Shown here one piece after another: positions 1-9,878 of a DNA stretch of 64,000 nt. Within the stretch, counting starts at the first letter, position 1. Each line of letters opens with the position of its first letter. The notes below the pieces were generated by a model. That model saw nothing but the letters and a program-made list of their open reading frames with translations. It searched no databases and had not been told where the DNA came from. Made by a program: the position numbers and the translations under genes. The DNA is from a virus, in IMG/VR virus record IMGVR_UViG_3300037311_000293. One strand, given 5' to 3'.

Positions 1-1
1 C

Positions 2-145
2 CTGCTCGCCGGCCAGGCGCGGCGCATGGCCGTCATGACGACGCGGTACCCAGTGTTCGGCGCGTCCGACACCGTCGAGCAGTCCGACCTCATCGGGCGC
101 ACCCCGACGGCGACGCGAAGGGAGCGTGGCGCCTACGGCTGCTGA
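2..145 (+). CDS. 3' end of a truncated hypothetical protein
   Basis: Open frame from the window edge to TGA at 143-145, followed by a bidirectional terminator. Confidence 0.3.
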   Translation: MLAGQARRMAVMTTRYPVFGASDTVEQSDLIGRTPTATRRERGAYGC

Positions 146-162
146 TCAGCCAGGGCCAAATC

Positions 163-196
163 AAAAGAGCGGGGCAATGCCCCGCTCTTTCTTTGC
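163..196. terminator. Bidirectional intrinsic terminator
   Basis: AAAGAGCGGGGC-AAT-GCCCCGCTCTTT perfect 12-bp hairpin with A/T tails, between convergent genes. Confidence 0.85.
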
Positions 197-212
197 TTGT
201 GTCGCGCAGAGC

Positions 213-920
213 TCAGGTGATGAGCTCGATGGTGCGCGTCGCGATGGGTACGGCGAGCTCGAACTGCACAGCGACCGACTCCTGCACGATGACACCCTGT
301 GCATCCGTGGCGAACGTGTGGTTCGGGATGTAGCAGGACTCGAGGTAGAAGGCGCCGTAGGTGTCGAGGTTGCTGTCCTTGACGACCACCAGAAGACCGA
401 TGGGCTGCGAGAACAGGTCCGACGCCAGGTTGATGTAGAAGTTCTCGTAGCCCGGCGGGATGACGACGTCGTGGGGATTCGGCATCGCCCCGGCGCCGAC
501 GTTGGGGAACACCGACGGCACGATTGTCGACGGCACCAGGTCTTGGTAGTAGGCGTACAGCACCCGGAGGATGCTGGGGCCGTGGTAGAGCACGCGGCTG
601 AGCCCGAGCTGCCCGATGGTGCGGCCCGAGATGAAGTAGCTGCGCTCCGAGCCGAGCTCGAAGATGCGGCTGATCTGCCGGTTGTGGCTGATGTTCATGT
701 TCTGGGTGATACCGACCGGGTACACGATCTGACTCGCCGTTGCCGGAGAGCTCAGAGCGGCACCCAGACTCAACGCACCACCCACCGTCGCGAGGCGCGA
801 GGGCCCCGCGAAGATGCCCATGAAGGCGCCGGAGATGAACTGGCCGTCCACCATCCCGGGCCCTTCGCCTCCGCTCTGTACGTAGGACTCGTACGGCTTC
901 CAGTTGCTGTAGCTGGCCAT
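213..920 (-). CDS. Tail tube protein
   Basis: 235 aa; SHNRQISRIFELGSERSYFISGRTIGQLGLSRVLY resembles contractile-tail tube proteins; lies downstream of the sheath; RBS AGGAG. Confidence 0.7.
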   Translation of the reverse strand: MASYSNWKPYESYVQSGGEGPGMVDGQFISGAFMGIFAGPSRLATVGGALSLGAALSSPATASQIVYPVGITQNMNISHNRQISRIFELGSERSYFISGRTIGQLGLSRVLYHGPSILRVLYAYYQDLVPSTIVPSVFPNVGAGAMPNPHDVVIPPGYENFYINLASDLFSQPIGLLVVVKDSNLDTYGAFYLESCYIPNHTFATDAQGVIVQESVAVQFELAVPIATRTIELIT

Positions 921-921
921 T

Positions 922-1236
922 TCACTTTCTCCTGGTTGCGGTGTCGGCAGCCGTCAGGAAGTCGTCGATCACCGAGGCGTCTGGGGTCTTGAGCGCCGCC
1001 AGCTTCTGCCGTACCCGGTACTCCCTGAGATCTTCTTCGGCAGACTTGGTCTTGGTGCTCTCGATGATCGCCTTGACTTCGTCGAGGGGCGACTTCTCGC
1101 GAGCGATGCGAAGAACAGCGTTGCCCTTGTCGGGCTCGGCAGCTTTCTCTGCGGCTTTGAGCGTCTCGAGCTCGACGAGATCCTCGGTGAGGGCCTCATC
1201 GAACTCGTGCGCTGCCTTGAGGTATCGGTGCGTCAT
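922..1236 (-). CDS. Hypothetical tail-module protein
   Basis: 104 aa helical, tightly packed between sheath and tube genes. Confidence 0.65.
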   Translation of the reverse strand: MTHRYLKAAHEFDEALTEDLVELETLKAAEKAAEPDKGNAVLRIAREKSPLDEVKAIIESTKTKSAEEDLREYRVRQKLAALKTPDASVIDDFLTAADTATRRK

Positions 1237-1237
1237 C

Positions 1238-4200
1238 TCAGACCACCAGCGTGATGCGGATGTAGTTCAGGGGGTAGAGCACCCCGACCGTGATGTCGAT
1301 CTCGAGCGTGTCCGGAGCCGTCGCCGACTGCCGGATGGCGTTGATGCGGAGCTCGGAGAGCACGCCCTGACGCACGAGGAACGCCGCCAGGCCGTCGAGC
1401 GTGATGCTGATGGCGTCCTGGACGTTGGTCGAGATGTTGAAGCGGCCGATGAAGTTGCGAAGACCGACGCGAAGGAACTTCGCCGTGAAGTCGAGCGCCC
1501 GCGTGATGCTGGCCTCGCGCTTCTCGATCGTCGACATGTCCGTCGTGAGCTGGTGCCGCGTCTTGACCGGCTGGCCCACGGCCTCTTGGTACAGGACCCA
1601 GAGACCACCACCACTCATCATCTTGAGCTGGAGCTCGGAGTACCGGTCGGTGGCTCCGATGACACCGCTGAAGCCCGCGATCGATTCCTCGGTCAGGGGC
1701 TGCTGCGGCGGTACCGCGCTCATCTTGCCGGCGAGCGCGGCGGAGAGGTAGTAGCCCGGGACGGCGGTCTCGAGCCCGTCGATGGTGGCCTTGGCCGTAT
1801 CCGGGGCCGTGGTGATGACGCGACGATCGAGGTAGCCGCGCGCGATGTCGGCGTACGCCGTGGCCTCATCCGTCCGATTCGCCAGAGCGCCACCGCGAAT
1901 CTTGATGGACACCGGGCGGTCGACGACAGCGGAGGTGAACACCGGGCTTCCTCCGCCATCGAGGAAGAAGTCGTTGCTCGCGCTCAGCGGACCGTCATTG
2001 ACGGTGACGAGGGCGCCGCTGACGCTCTCGACGAGGTACTTGTTGGTGTCGCCCTCGAACTCAAGGAAGACGCCATCGCTCTCGGTGTACGTCGGGCCCG
2101 GAAGGCCCAGCGCAGCCAGAAGGCTCTGGACGTTGGCGATCCCCGTGGCCACGACATTCGTCGGGGCTCCGGAGACGTTGGCGGTCGGCGCCGACGCCAC
2201 GAGGGTGTCGGACTTCCGCGTCGGCCGGCGCGGATTCAGGATGGCGATGCGCTCGAGGCCGTTCTCGGGCTTCGAGAGCTCGTCGACGTGGATCTGAGCG
2301 GCCTGGCCGACGTCGTTGCTGTGCGTCAGCGGTGCGATGGCGTAGACGTCCTTGGACTCCAGATACTCCAGCGCCCGGATGTAGGCCGCCAAGGCGCCCT
2401 CGGGCTCGGTGTCGCTGGTGGTGTCGACGCCGCAGCCCGTGACCTCGATGCCCGGGGCGTTGAGCAGGGCGAAGTACATCCCGAGCCCCAAGGGGTTCTG
2501 GGTGTCGAGCGGCCCGAGCTCGGCCTCGAGGTCCGTGGTGTTGCCGTAGCGAGCGAGGTTGAAGTCCGTACCCAGGGGACTGACGTCACGACGAAGCGCG
2601 GTGTACGCCAGGTACGTGCTGAGCGGCCCAGCCAGGGTGGCGTCACCGTTGGTCTGTCGGAACAACTCGTACTTGATCAGAACCGTCCCGCTCTCTTCAT
2701 CGACACGGAGCTCCGAAGCCGGACGCGTTGCCGAGGCCGCGTTGTTGTCGAGGCCCTTGGCCACGATCGACCACGTCGAGCCCGTGTAGCTCAGGAGCTG
2801 CTCGGCGCTGAGACGGAGACGATTGGTCGGGGTCACTGGGATTTCGGTAATGGTTCCGATGCGGAGACCGTTGACCCAGACTTCGTCACCGACCTGCGGA
2901 GAGAACGCCTTGCCGTAGATCACAGCGGTGTTCTCGAAGGGCTCACCCGCCCCGGTCAGGCCGAGGTTCGTGAGTAGCGTGGCGTCGGACGCCGTGGTGT
3001 CGATGCGAATCGAGCTCTCACGGCCGCCGAACGTCGACGGGCTGCGGAGCACGAGCTCGTTTGCGGCGTTGAGGCTGGCAACGCCGGCCCAGAGCCCGTT
3101 GATTGCCGACACGATGTTCGCAGCAGACGCGATGGTGTTGGGCATCACGAGCTGCTGGAACTGGTCGCCGTCGATGCTCATGCGGAGCACACGGCCGTGG
3201 ACATCGGCCGCGAAGGTCAGCAGCGAGAGGTTGGCGCCGCCCTGGGCCCGCGCACGCGACGGCTTGCCATCGGCGAAGGCGCCCACGGCGAGGCCGAGGT
3301 TGCCCGAAGTCGCCGTACCGCCAGTGCGCTCGAAGGACGAGGACACGCCGGTCAGCGTCGACGTCAGAACCAGGACGTTTCCGGAGCCCAGGCTTGCCAC
3401 CGTGGCACCGAAGGCCGTGTTGATCGCCGTCACGACATCGGCAGCCGAAGCCAGGCCAGCGAAGTTGACGGTGACCGGAGCGGCGCCGTTCATCGAGAAC
3501 ACCGCCGACGTCGTGTTGAGGGCGCCGAAGGTTCCGCTGAGATCGATGTTGCCGACGAGTCGCGCGGCGGCATCGGCGAAGACGCCACCACTGAAGTTGA
3601 GGTACGGCGACAGGTTGTCGCCATCACCGTCGTCCTGCACCGAGACCGCAGAGGTCGCGCCGTCGAGGAAGGCCTCGGTGCGCAGGACTTCGCGGATGTT
3701 GCCGGCACCATCGTTCAGGAAGACCCGCACGGTGTCGTAGTCGATGACAAGATCGTCGATGTTGCCCCGGGGGTCGGGGTAATCACCACCGGCCAGCCGA
3801 AGCTGGGTGTAGTTGGTGTAGCCCGTTGCACCGGTGTTGCGGTATCCCGTGGTGACGCCGAACGCCGTGAGGACATCGGAGGCGGTACCGCTCCCGATTT
3901 CGAGGCTGGCGTTCTCGCCAGTGGCCGTGGTTTGGATCACGACACGTTGCTGCGTGCCGCTGGTCTCGACGACGGCCTCGAGGCCCGGGATGGCCTCGGT
4001 GTTGATGGCGTCGGCCACTTCCGTTGCCGTCAGGTCCGGTCCCGTGGGGAACGTCACGGTCCGCGCCGCGCCGTTGTTGACCGCGACCTCGAGGGCGTCG
4101 GTTCCGATGCCGGTGTACTCGAAGGGGCTGCTGACCCATGCGAAGGGGATGCGCGCCGGGAGGGAGACCCGGGCGTCGCTGTTCAGGCTGCCGTCGTCTT

Positions 4201-4327
4201 GTACGGCCTCGATCACTTGGTTCGCAGGACCCACGATACAAGCCGGAAGGGTCGGAACCAGAGTCGTCGGGCTGACGGTCTGGAACTCCTGAATGACCTG
4301 GACGCTGGGCCTCTCGATGGTAGCCAT
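1238..4327 (-). CDS. Tail sheath protein with inserted repeat domains
   Basis: 1029 aa; C-terminus LRNFIGRFNI...LEIDITVGVLYPLNYIRITLVV is the typical sheath end; N-terminus PSVQVIQEF; RBS GGAG. Confidence 0.9.
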   Translation of the reverse strand: MATIERPSVQVIQEFQTVSPTTLVPTLPACIVGPANQVIEAVQDDGSLNSDARVSLPARIPFAWVSSPFEYTGIGTDALEVAVNNGAARTVTFPTGPDLTATEVADAINTEAIPGLEAVVETSGTQQRVVIQTTATGENASLEIGSGTASDVLTAFGVTTGYRNTGATGYTNYTQLRLAGGDYPDPRGNIDDLVIDYDTVRVFLNDGAGNIREVLRTEAFLDGATSAVSVQDDGDGDNLSPYLNFSGGVFADAAARLVGNIDLSGTFGALNTTSAVFSMNGAAPVTVNFAGLASAADVVTAINTAFGATVASLGSGNVLVLTSTLTGVSSSFERTGGTATSGNLGLAVGAFADGKPSRARAQGGANLSLLTFAADVHGRVLRMSIDGDQFQQLVMPNTIASAANIVSAINGLWAGVASLNAANELVLRSPSTFGGRESSIRIDTTASDATLLTNLGLTGAGEPFENTAVIYGKAFSPQVGDEVWVNGLRIGTITEIPVTPTNRLRLSAEQLLSYTGSTWSIVAKGLDNNAASATRPASELRVDEESGTVLIKYELFRQTNGDATLAGPLSTYLAYTALRRDVSPLGTDFNLARYGNTTDLEAELGPLDTQNPLGLGMYFALLNAPGIEVTGCGVDTTSDTEPEGALAAYIRALEYLESKDVYAIAPLTHSNDVGQAAQIHVDELSKPENGLERIAILNPRRPTRKSDTLVASAPTANVSGAPTNVVATGIANVQSLLAALGLPGPTYTESDGVFLEFEGDTNKYLVESVSGALVTVNDGPLSASNDFFLDGGGSPVFTSAVVDRPVSIKIRGGALANRTDEATAYADIARGYLDRRVITTAPDTAKATIDGLETAVPGYYLSAALAGKMSAVPPQQPLTEESIAGFSGVIGATDRYSELQLKMMSGGGLWVLYQEAVGQPVKTRHQLTTDMSTIEKREASITRALDFTAKFLRVGLRNFIGRFNISTNVQDAISITLDGLAAFLVRQGVLSELRINAIRQSATAPDTLEIDITVGVLYPLNYIRITLVV

Positions 4328-4336
4328 GGTGTCTCC

Positions 4337-5158
4337 TTATCGCGTCTGAATCTTGACCGTCAGAGGCTCCGTAGATTGTGCCACGTCGGAGCCTTCCTGT
4401 GGAAGCTGGGCGGATCCATCGACGGCACCTTGCCGGTCGGCGTCGCTTTGCTCGGGCTGCATCACGGCAGTTCCCTGAAGAGGAACCAGGGGCTCCACCA
4501 CAGCAGGTTGCTCCTGAGTAGTGGCCGTGACCTCGATCGACTGAACGATCGGACGGTTGAGCGGTAGGGTGTGCATGCCGTGGTGGAGGAACGCGGGGAG
4601 CGACACCACAACCACACACCATTCGAAGTCAGTGCTGTCCCCCACCAACGATCCCGCAGGGGAAGGCGGTCCAATCATCGGACGAGCTCCGAGGTAGAGC
4701 AGGGAGGGCTCTTCCTTCACAATCTCTTCTCGGAACGCGAAGATCTGAGTTGCCGCAAACCACGCCAGATTCTCTGCCTCCACCGGAAGGCGGCTCAGCA
4801 CGTTGATCATGATGTTCGTCGGAATCATGTCCATCCGGGCCTTTGCTCCGGTAGACAGATCGACAAAAGCAAGATCTCCAATACCGACCCCAGAGAAGGC
4901 GGCCTGGCTGCGGGTGATGGTGATGGCGGGTCGCTTGCCGACAACGGAAGGGCGGATTGGTGTATCGGCAGACAGAAAGATCTCCGACTCCTTTTGCTCC
5001 GGTGAGCTCTCACTCTCCGCGGCCCAGCGGTACGTACCCTGGGGCAGAAGAGAGAACCGCCACTTCAGAAACGACAACACATGCCGCTGTACTTGGAACA
5101 GCGGGGAGTAGTTGCCGGTGAAGACGGATTCCGGAGTCGTAGGAGTCGAAGCGCTCAC
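4337..5158 (-). CDS. Putative tail completion/terminator protein
   Basis: 273 aa, immediately upstream of the sheath; KRPAITITRS-type motif; GTGA overlap with the upstream gene. Confidence 0.5.
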   Translation of the reverse strand: MSASTPTTPESVFTGNYSPLFQVQRHVLSFLKWRFSLLPQGTYRWAAESESSPEQKESEIFLSADTPIRPSVVGKRPAITITRSQAAFSGVGIGDLAFVDLSTGAKARMDMIPTNIMINVLSRLPVEAENLAWFAATQIFAFREEIVKEEPSLLYLGARPMIGPPSPAGSLVGDSTDFEWCVVVVSLPAFLHHGMHTLPLNRPIVQSIEVTATTQEQPAVVEPLVPLQGTAVMQPEQSDADRQGAVDGSAQLPQEGSDVAQSTEPLTVKIQTR

Positions 5159-5544
5159 GCCTTTTCTCTCCTGTTGGCCAGGGCCTCACGCGCCCGGCTC
5201 GAGGCATAGGCACCCACGGCACCGCCGACTGCGATACCGGCCGGAAGCGCCTTGAGCCAGCCCGGTCGCTCGCCAGTACGTGCGATGCGTTCACCGATGA
5301 TCTCGGCGAGCGTCTTTCCGATACCGTAGCCCAACCCACCGCCAAGCACGGCGATAGGAAGATCCTTGGCCGTTTGCTTCCACTTCGCCGACGACATCAC
5401 GGGGTACTCGGTGCCCTGCATCGCTGTCTTCGTCGAAATGCCAAAGGAGCCAGGACGCGGCACCGCCGGAACCGGCGGCTTCGGCGGCTTCATCAGTTTG
5501 GCTTGGGTGCGTTGAAGCAACCCGGGTTGAAGCATCGGCTTCAT
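5155..5544 (-). CDS. Small glycine-zipper membrane-like protein
   Basis: 129 aa; two small-residue hydrophobic segments (AVLGGGLGYGIG, AGIAVGGAVGAYA). Confidence 0.6.
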   Translation of the reverse strand: MKPMLQPGLLQRTQAKLMKPPKPPVPAVPRPGSFGISTKTAMQGTEYPVMSSAKWKQTAKDLPIAVLGGGLGYGIGKTLAEIIGERIARTGERPGWLKALPAGIAVGGAVGAYASSRAREALANRREKA

Positions 5545-5548
5545 GGCG

Positions 5549-5968
5549 TCACGTCAACGCCTTGTGCGCCGCCAGACCGGCGCCGCCGAGGGCAACACCA
5601 CCGGCGACCTGTCTCATGCGGGTGACGCCGGCTTTGCCGCCCCCGAGGGCTTTGGCGCCGGCAGAGAGGCCTTTGCGGTAGGTGTCGTTGACCCCGAGGG
5701 CCTTGGCGCCGCGGCCGACGCCGCCGAGCACGGCTTTGCCGACGGTACCGAAGAAGGCGTGCTTCTGGAGCTCGAGGGCGAACGCCTCTTGAGCCGCAGC
5801 GGCTTCATCAGCGCTGAGCTTCTTGAGCAACGAGGCCATCAGGCCAGGCTTCTTCGTAGTCATGCGAGTCACTCCTGGCGGGAGGGCGTCTCCCGCAGAA
5901 CGTACGCCCTTGGTCCAGGGATCTTTGCCCTTCATGTGGTCGGGCTGCGGTACTCGGTAGCTCATCAC
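5549..5968 (-). CDS. Small glycine-zipper virion protein with K-x-A/S motifs
   Basis: 139 aa; KKLSADE and QKHAFFG motifs; C-terminal GGVALGGAGLAAHK. Confidence 0.6.
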   Translation of the reverse strand: MMSYRVPQPDHMKGKDPWTKGVRSAGDALPPGVTRMTTKKPGLMASLLKKLSADEAAAAQEAFALELQKHAFFGTVGKAVLGGVGRGAKALGVNDTYRKGLSAGAKALGGGKAGVTRMRQVAGGVALGGAGLAAHKALT

Positions 5969-6867
5969 TCCTCCGGGGCGTTACGGGGGTAGGTGGGGTA
6001 GTTGGCGAAGATGTCGGGGGTCTTCTCGTCGATGGCGGTGTTCAGATCTGTGGGGTTCGTGAACATCCGCGGGGGACTGGGTTGGATGTCCTTGAGCGCT
6101 TCATCGAGTCGAAGCGGCAAACGATACTCGATATCGGTATCTGTGATCTGCCGCATCACGAGCTCTTGCTTGATGGGCGCACGAAGCCGCTCAGACTGCG
6201 TGACCTGCGTGATGCGCCAGCGCTTGTTCTCGGCCTCGACCAGCAGATCCCCTGGAACGATGTTGGGGTAGAACGATGTCCGCCCAGACGTCATGACAGT
6301 CTGTTCGATCTGCTGTGCGTGGTTCTGCTGAGCCTTGGCCGGCGGGTCGATCTGCACCCAGATCTCGATGGGGTTGTGGTAGCCGCGAAGGAAGCCGGTG
6401 TCGTAGCAGCTCAGGCAGTTCGCTCGAGTCCGCTTGTGCGAAGTGGTGTCCCAGCAAGACGGACAACGAGGCCCAAACGTCCGCGCCTTGAACAACCAGC
6501 ACAGACGCCCAGTCGCCTGGGTGAACAAGACGAGCTCGTGTCGCCGGATGTAGTTGGCGATCAGGTCGGGCTCGGCTTGCCGTGTGACAGGGCCGTAGTC
6601 GTGGATCTCAGACGAGGCCTTGTGTGTGACACGCAGCTTGTACCAGATCTGACGAAACTTGTCGCCAGCAGGCATCCTGGAATCCACGAAGATGTAGCGG
6701 TCCTCGAACGTGCCAGTGATGGGATCGAACGGTCCTTCAGGAGACTCCGAGCGCAAAACCTGGAAAGTGTAGTCCAACGCGTCATCCGAGGAGTCAGTCT
6801 CCCAGGTGACTTCGTTGCGATCTACATCCAGGCTTCGCACCCGGAGATTCTGAATCCCGAGGATCAT
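5965..6867 (-). CDS. Putative neck/head-closure protein
   Basis: 300 aa; FN3-like N-terminus, CPSC/CLSC zinc site, PNIVPGDLLVEAENKRWRITQV beta-barrel signature. Confidence 0.55.
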   Translation of the reverse strand: MILGIQNLRVRSLDVDRNEVTWETDSSDDALDYTFQVLRSESPEGPFDPITGTFEDRYIFVDSRMPAGDKFRQIWYKLRVTHKASSEIHDYGPVTRQAEPDLIANYIRRHELVLFTQATGRLCWLFKARTFGPRCPSCWDTTSHKRTRANCLSCYDTGFLRGYHNPIEIWVQIDPPAKAQQNHAQQIEQTVMTSGRTSFYPNIVPGDLLVEAENKRWRITQVTQSERLRAPIKQELVMRQITDTDIEYRLPLRLDEALKDIQPSPPRMFTNPTDLNTAIDEKTPDIFANYPTYPRNAPEE

Positions 6868-8210
6868 CGGCGGCTCGCCATCTTGTACTTCTTCAGGAAC
6901 TCGATGCTCTGCATGCTACCCGGAGGCAGCGGCGCCGCAGGAGCATGGCGCGTTGCGGTACCCGTACCATCGAACGGCGACTTCTTCGGAGCCGCAGAAC
7001 GGAAGACATCGGTGGGCGCCGGGGTCGCCTTCGACGCCTTTGCCGCGATGCCTTGGCGAACGGCACTGAGACCCGATGCCGTGGTCTCGCCCTTGATGGC
7101 AGAGATCGGAACCCGCTTGGCGCTGCTCGCGGCTGCGGCTCGGCGGGCAAGATCAGCAATGCTGGCCTTCTTGCTCCGCTCTTCCTTTTGCTTTGCTCGG
7201 ATACGGCGATCACGCGCCTTGATTGCTGCTCCGGTTGCGCCAAGGGCAATCGCCCCGCCGAGCACACTACCGGCGATGCCCCGTGCATCTAGACGCGGCG
7301 ACCGAACGCGGGACTCGCCCGCGTTCTTCTCCTCGATCTTGTCGAAAGCACCGGGACGCGGGACCGGAATACCGGGTAGCGCAGCCTTGGGCCAGGTTGG
7401 TGCCGCGGCCTCACCGTTGTTGACGTGCCCGGTGTACTCGACCTCGGCCTTCTTTTTCTTGCCGCGATCTCGGAGCTTCTTTGCTGCGACGGCGCCAAGG
7501 CCTGCGGCCGCACCGATACCGACACCAGCGAGGTAGGCACCAGATCTTCCCGGTTTGCTCTTGCCCTTGACCGAGGAGACCATCTTGTCGATGACCTCCT
7601 TGGACTTCCGGGTGCTCTCAGCGGGATCCTTGATGAGGTTGCGCGCGATGTGGCGCGTAGATGCGGCCGCCCCGGCTGCCATGCGCTTCTTCCTTTGCTC
7701 AGGAGTCAGCCCTTTCTTCATGGCGGCCACGAGATTCTTGTCGGCAAACCGACCAAGCCTCTCCTGACTGGCATTCGATCCGCCCACTACCCTACGGATC
7801 ATATCCTCGCTTATCGCGCGCTTCTCACCATCTTCGGGTTGCTGACTTCGGCTCTTGTGGAGCTCGAGCACCAGAAGGGACTTCTGAAGCCGGATCTGGT
7901 CCTGCTTGGTCCAGAGATCTTGATCCTTGGGCTCCGCAAGCCGGCGCTGGATACGTTCGGCTTCCACTGCGAGATCTTGTTCAGCCAGCGCAACGGCCTT
8001 GGCGTGCAGCGGGGTCCCCTCGAACTGGCGAAGCCACCCCACGGAGGGATCGCAGTACCCAGACGCCTCCATCACCATCGAGGCGATCTTGGTGGGGTCG
8101 TCTTCGCCAAGAAGGGCCTCGAGCTCGTCGAAGTTCAAGATACGAAGGTCGTCGGCGCTGAGCTTTTCCTGGCTCATCGCATCCATGAAGTCTTGAAGGC
8201 TCATGATCAC
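6864..8210 (-). CDS. Hypothetical virion protein (two glycine zippers, basic)
   Basis: 448 aa; KLSA, KIAS, KRAI and KKAS motifs; two GxxxG/A-rich helices; ATGA-type overlaps with both neighbours. Confidence 0.65.
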   Translation of the reverse strand: MIMSLQDFMDAMSQEKLSADDLRILNFDELEALLGEDDPTKIASMVMEASGYCDPSVGWLRQFEGTPLHAKAVALAEQDLAVEAERIQRRLAEPKDQDLWTKQDQIRLQKSLLVLELHKSRSQQPEDGEKRAISEDMIRRVVGGSNASQERLGRFADKNLVAAMKKGLTPEQRKKRMAAGAAASTRHIARNLIKDPAESTRKSKEVIDKMVSSVKGKSKPGRSGAYLAGVGIGAAAGLGAVAAKKLRDRGKKKKAEVEYTGHVNNGEAAAPTWPKAALPGIPVPRPGAFDKIEEKNAGESRVRSPRLDARGIAGSVLGGAIALGATGAAIKARDRRIRAKQKEERSKKASIADLARRAAAASSAKRVPISAIKGETTASGLSAVRQGIAAKASKATPAPTDVFRSAAPKKSPFDGTGTATRHAPAAPLPPGSMQSIEFLKKYKMASRR

Positions 8211-9877
8211 TCCTTCTTGGCGATGCGCTCGAGCGCATCCGCGATTCGCTTCTGGTTCTTGTCACGCTTGTGCTGCTGGTAGGCCTTGGCCCCACCAATA
8301 GCCGCGGCCCCGACGATTGCGGCACGGCCTTTGTTGCTGCGGATCGCCGCTCGCATCTTCTCCGAGGCACCTTCGACGAGCCGGCCGCCGGCTTCGGCAC
8401 CGTATTCCGCGATACCGCGACCCATTCCGCGGCCAACTTCTGGGGCGTGTTCTGCGAGCGCCTTGCCGGCGGCGCCCCCAGCAGGCCCGGCCTGTGAGGC
8501 AGCACCACGTGCCGTAGCAGCACCAGCGGCCTCAAGGACTTGCGTGGCCTTGTCCTTGGCGCGGTCGAGGACGCTGGCCGACTTCGCCTGCTCGGCTTGC
8601 TGGGTCTGCTGTGCGGCTTCCTGTTGGGCGCGTTGGGCCTGCTCGGTTTCCTTCTTGGCCTTGGGACCGCCGGTCTGCGCTGCGGCGTTCTGTTCCTCGA
8701 CCGCAGCGGCCTCTTGTTCCTGGGCCTGTTGTTCCGGGGTCATGAGCGGCGTGGTGTCGACACCTTCTTCGGCGACTGGATCGGAGCTCACGGTGTCGGC
8801 AAGCATCTGCCGCATCTGATTGATCCTCATGCTCAGGCGCATCTTGGCGTCGGCCTCCGAAGCTGCTTGCGCCGTTGCCGAAGCCGCTTCCTGGGACGCC
8901 TGCTGGGCCTGCTGACCGAGAACCTGCGCTTGCTCCGCAGTTGCAGCGGCCTGCTGCTGCACGGCTTGGTTCTCGGCACCAAGACTTTCGATCTGCTGAC
9001 CCTGCTGCACCATCTGCTGTTGGGTCTGCTCGAGGTTCTGCTTCAGCGCTTGGTTCTCAGCAGTGGCCTGGGCGTGGCTGAGCATCAGATCTCGGGTGAG
9101 ATACTGCTCCACGGGTTCCGTACCGGCTTCGGGCACGACGACATCACCGGGTTGCTGTGTCGGGGCCTTGGGCGCCGCGAGCTTCCGCCGCGCCGCAGCG
9201 AGCTTGTCGGCCGACGACTTCTTGGTCGTCTTCTCCGGCATGTACTGCCACAGCTTGTCGAGGTGCTCCTGAGCATCGCTTTGGAACTGCTCGAGTGTGA
9301 ACTTCATCGGGTTGTCGCCCAGCATCGAATGCAGGGTCTTGAACAACACGATGGCCTGTTGCTCGCCGGCAATGAGGAAGTTCAAGGCGGCGATGGGATC
9401 TGCCGTGGGCTCTGGTGTCGGCGCAACGGGGATCGGAACACCACCGGGAATGAGAACGCCAAGGCGACGAAGGAAGTACTTCATCTCCTTGATCTCATCG
9501 CGGCCCTGGGCATCGAACAGCTCGGAGAGCTCGCCGCGCCCGAGACCGCGCATTACCTCGCCGTAGTAGGCGTAGGCACCGTGCTGGCGCATGGAGTTGC
9601 TGACGATCTGAGCAAGTTGCATCGCGACGTCTTCCGGAGACACTGCGAACTCGCCTTCGAGGTGACCCGTGGTATCGGGCTTCCCGGCTTGCGTGTGCGC
9701 CGCGGCTTCGTCGGGCGTCGGTTCCTGACCCGTGGCGACGCCTTCGGCGTGCTCGACCAGGTCGGGATCTGCCGCGAGCTTTCGAAGCGCGGTGAAGAAG
9801 AACGAGGCATCCGCGAGCTCGGGCTTGGCACCGAACTCGCTGCGCAGGCTGTCATCCAGCTCTTCGTAGTGGTTCAT
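8207..9877 (-). CDS. Virion protein with ferritin-like domain, coiled coil and C-terminal glycine zipper
   Basis: Start reassigned to ATG 9877, 1 nt after the upstream TGA; four-helix ferritin/Dps-like segment MQLAQIVSN...QEHLDKLWQY; Q/A-rich coiled coil. Confidence 0.65.
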   Translation of the reverse strand: MNHYEELDDSLRSEFGAKPELADASFFFTALRKLAADPDLVEHAEGVATGQEPTPDEAAAHTQAGKPDTTGHLEGEFAVSPEDVAMQLAQIVSNSMRQHGAYAYYGEVMRGLGRGELSELFDAQGRDEIKEMKYFLRRLGVLIPGGVPIPVAPTPEPTADPIAALNFLIAGEQQAIVLFKTLHSMLGDNPMKFTLEQFQSDAQEHLDKLWQYMPEKTTKKSSADKLAAARRKLAAPKAPTQQPGDVVVPEAGTEPVEQYLTRDLMLSHAQATAENQALKQNLEQTQQQMVQQGQQIESLGAENQAVQQQAAATAEQAQVLGQQAQQASQEAASATAQAASEADAKMRLSMRINQMRQMLADTVSSDPVAEEGVDTTPLMTPEQQAQEQEAAAVEEQNAAAQTGGPKAKKETEQAQRAQQEAAQQTQQAEQAKSASVLDRAKDKATQVLEAAGAATARGAASQAGPAGGAAGKALAEHAPEVGRGMGRGIAEYGAEAGGRLVEGASEKMRAAIRSNKGRAAIVGAAAIGGAKAYQQHKRDKNQKRIADALERIAKKE

Positions 9878-9878
9878 G

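Noticed and set aside
922-1236. Tail-assembly-chaperone frameshift in the gene between sheath and tube
   Set aside because: No slippery heptamer at its 3' end; it overlaps the tube RBS normally
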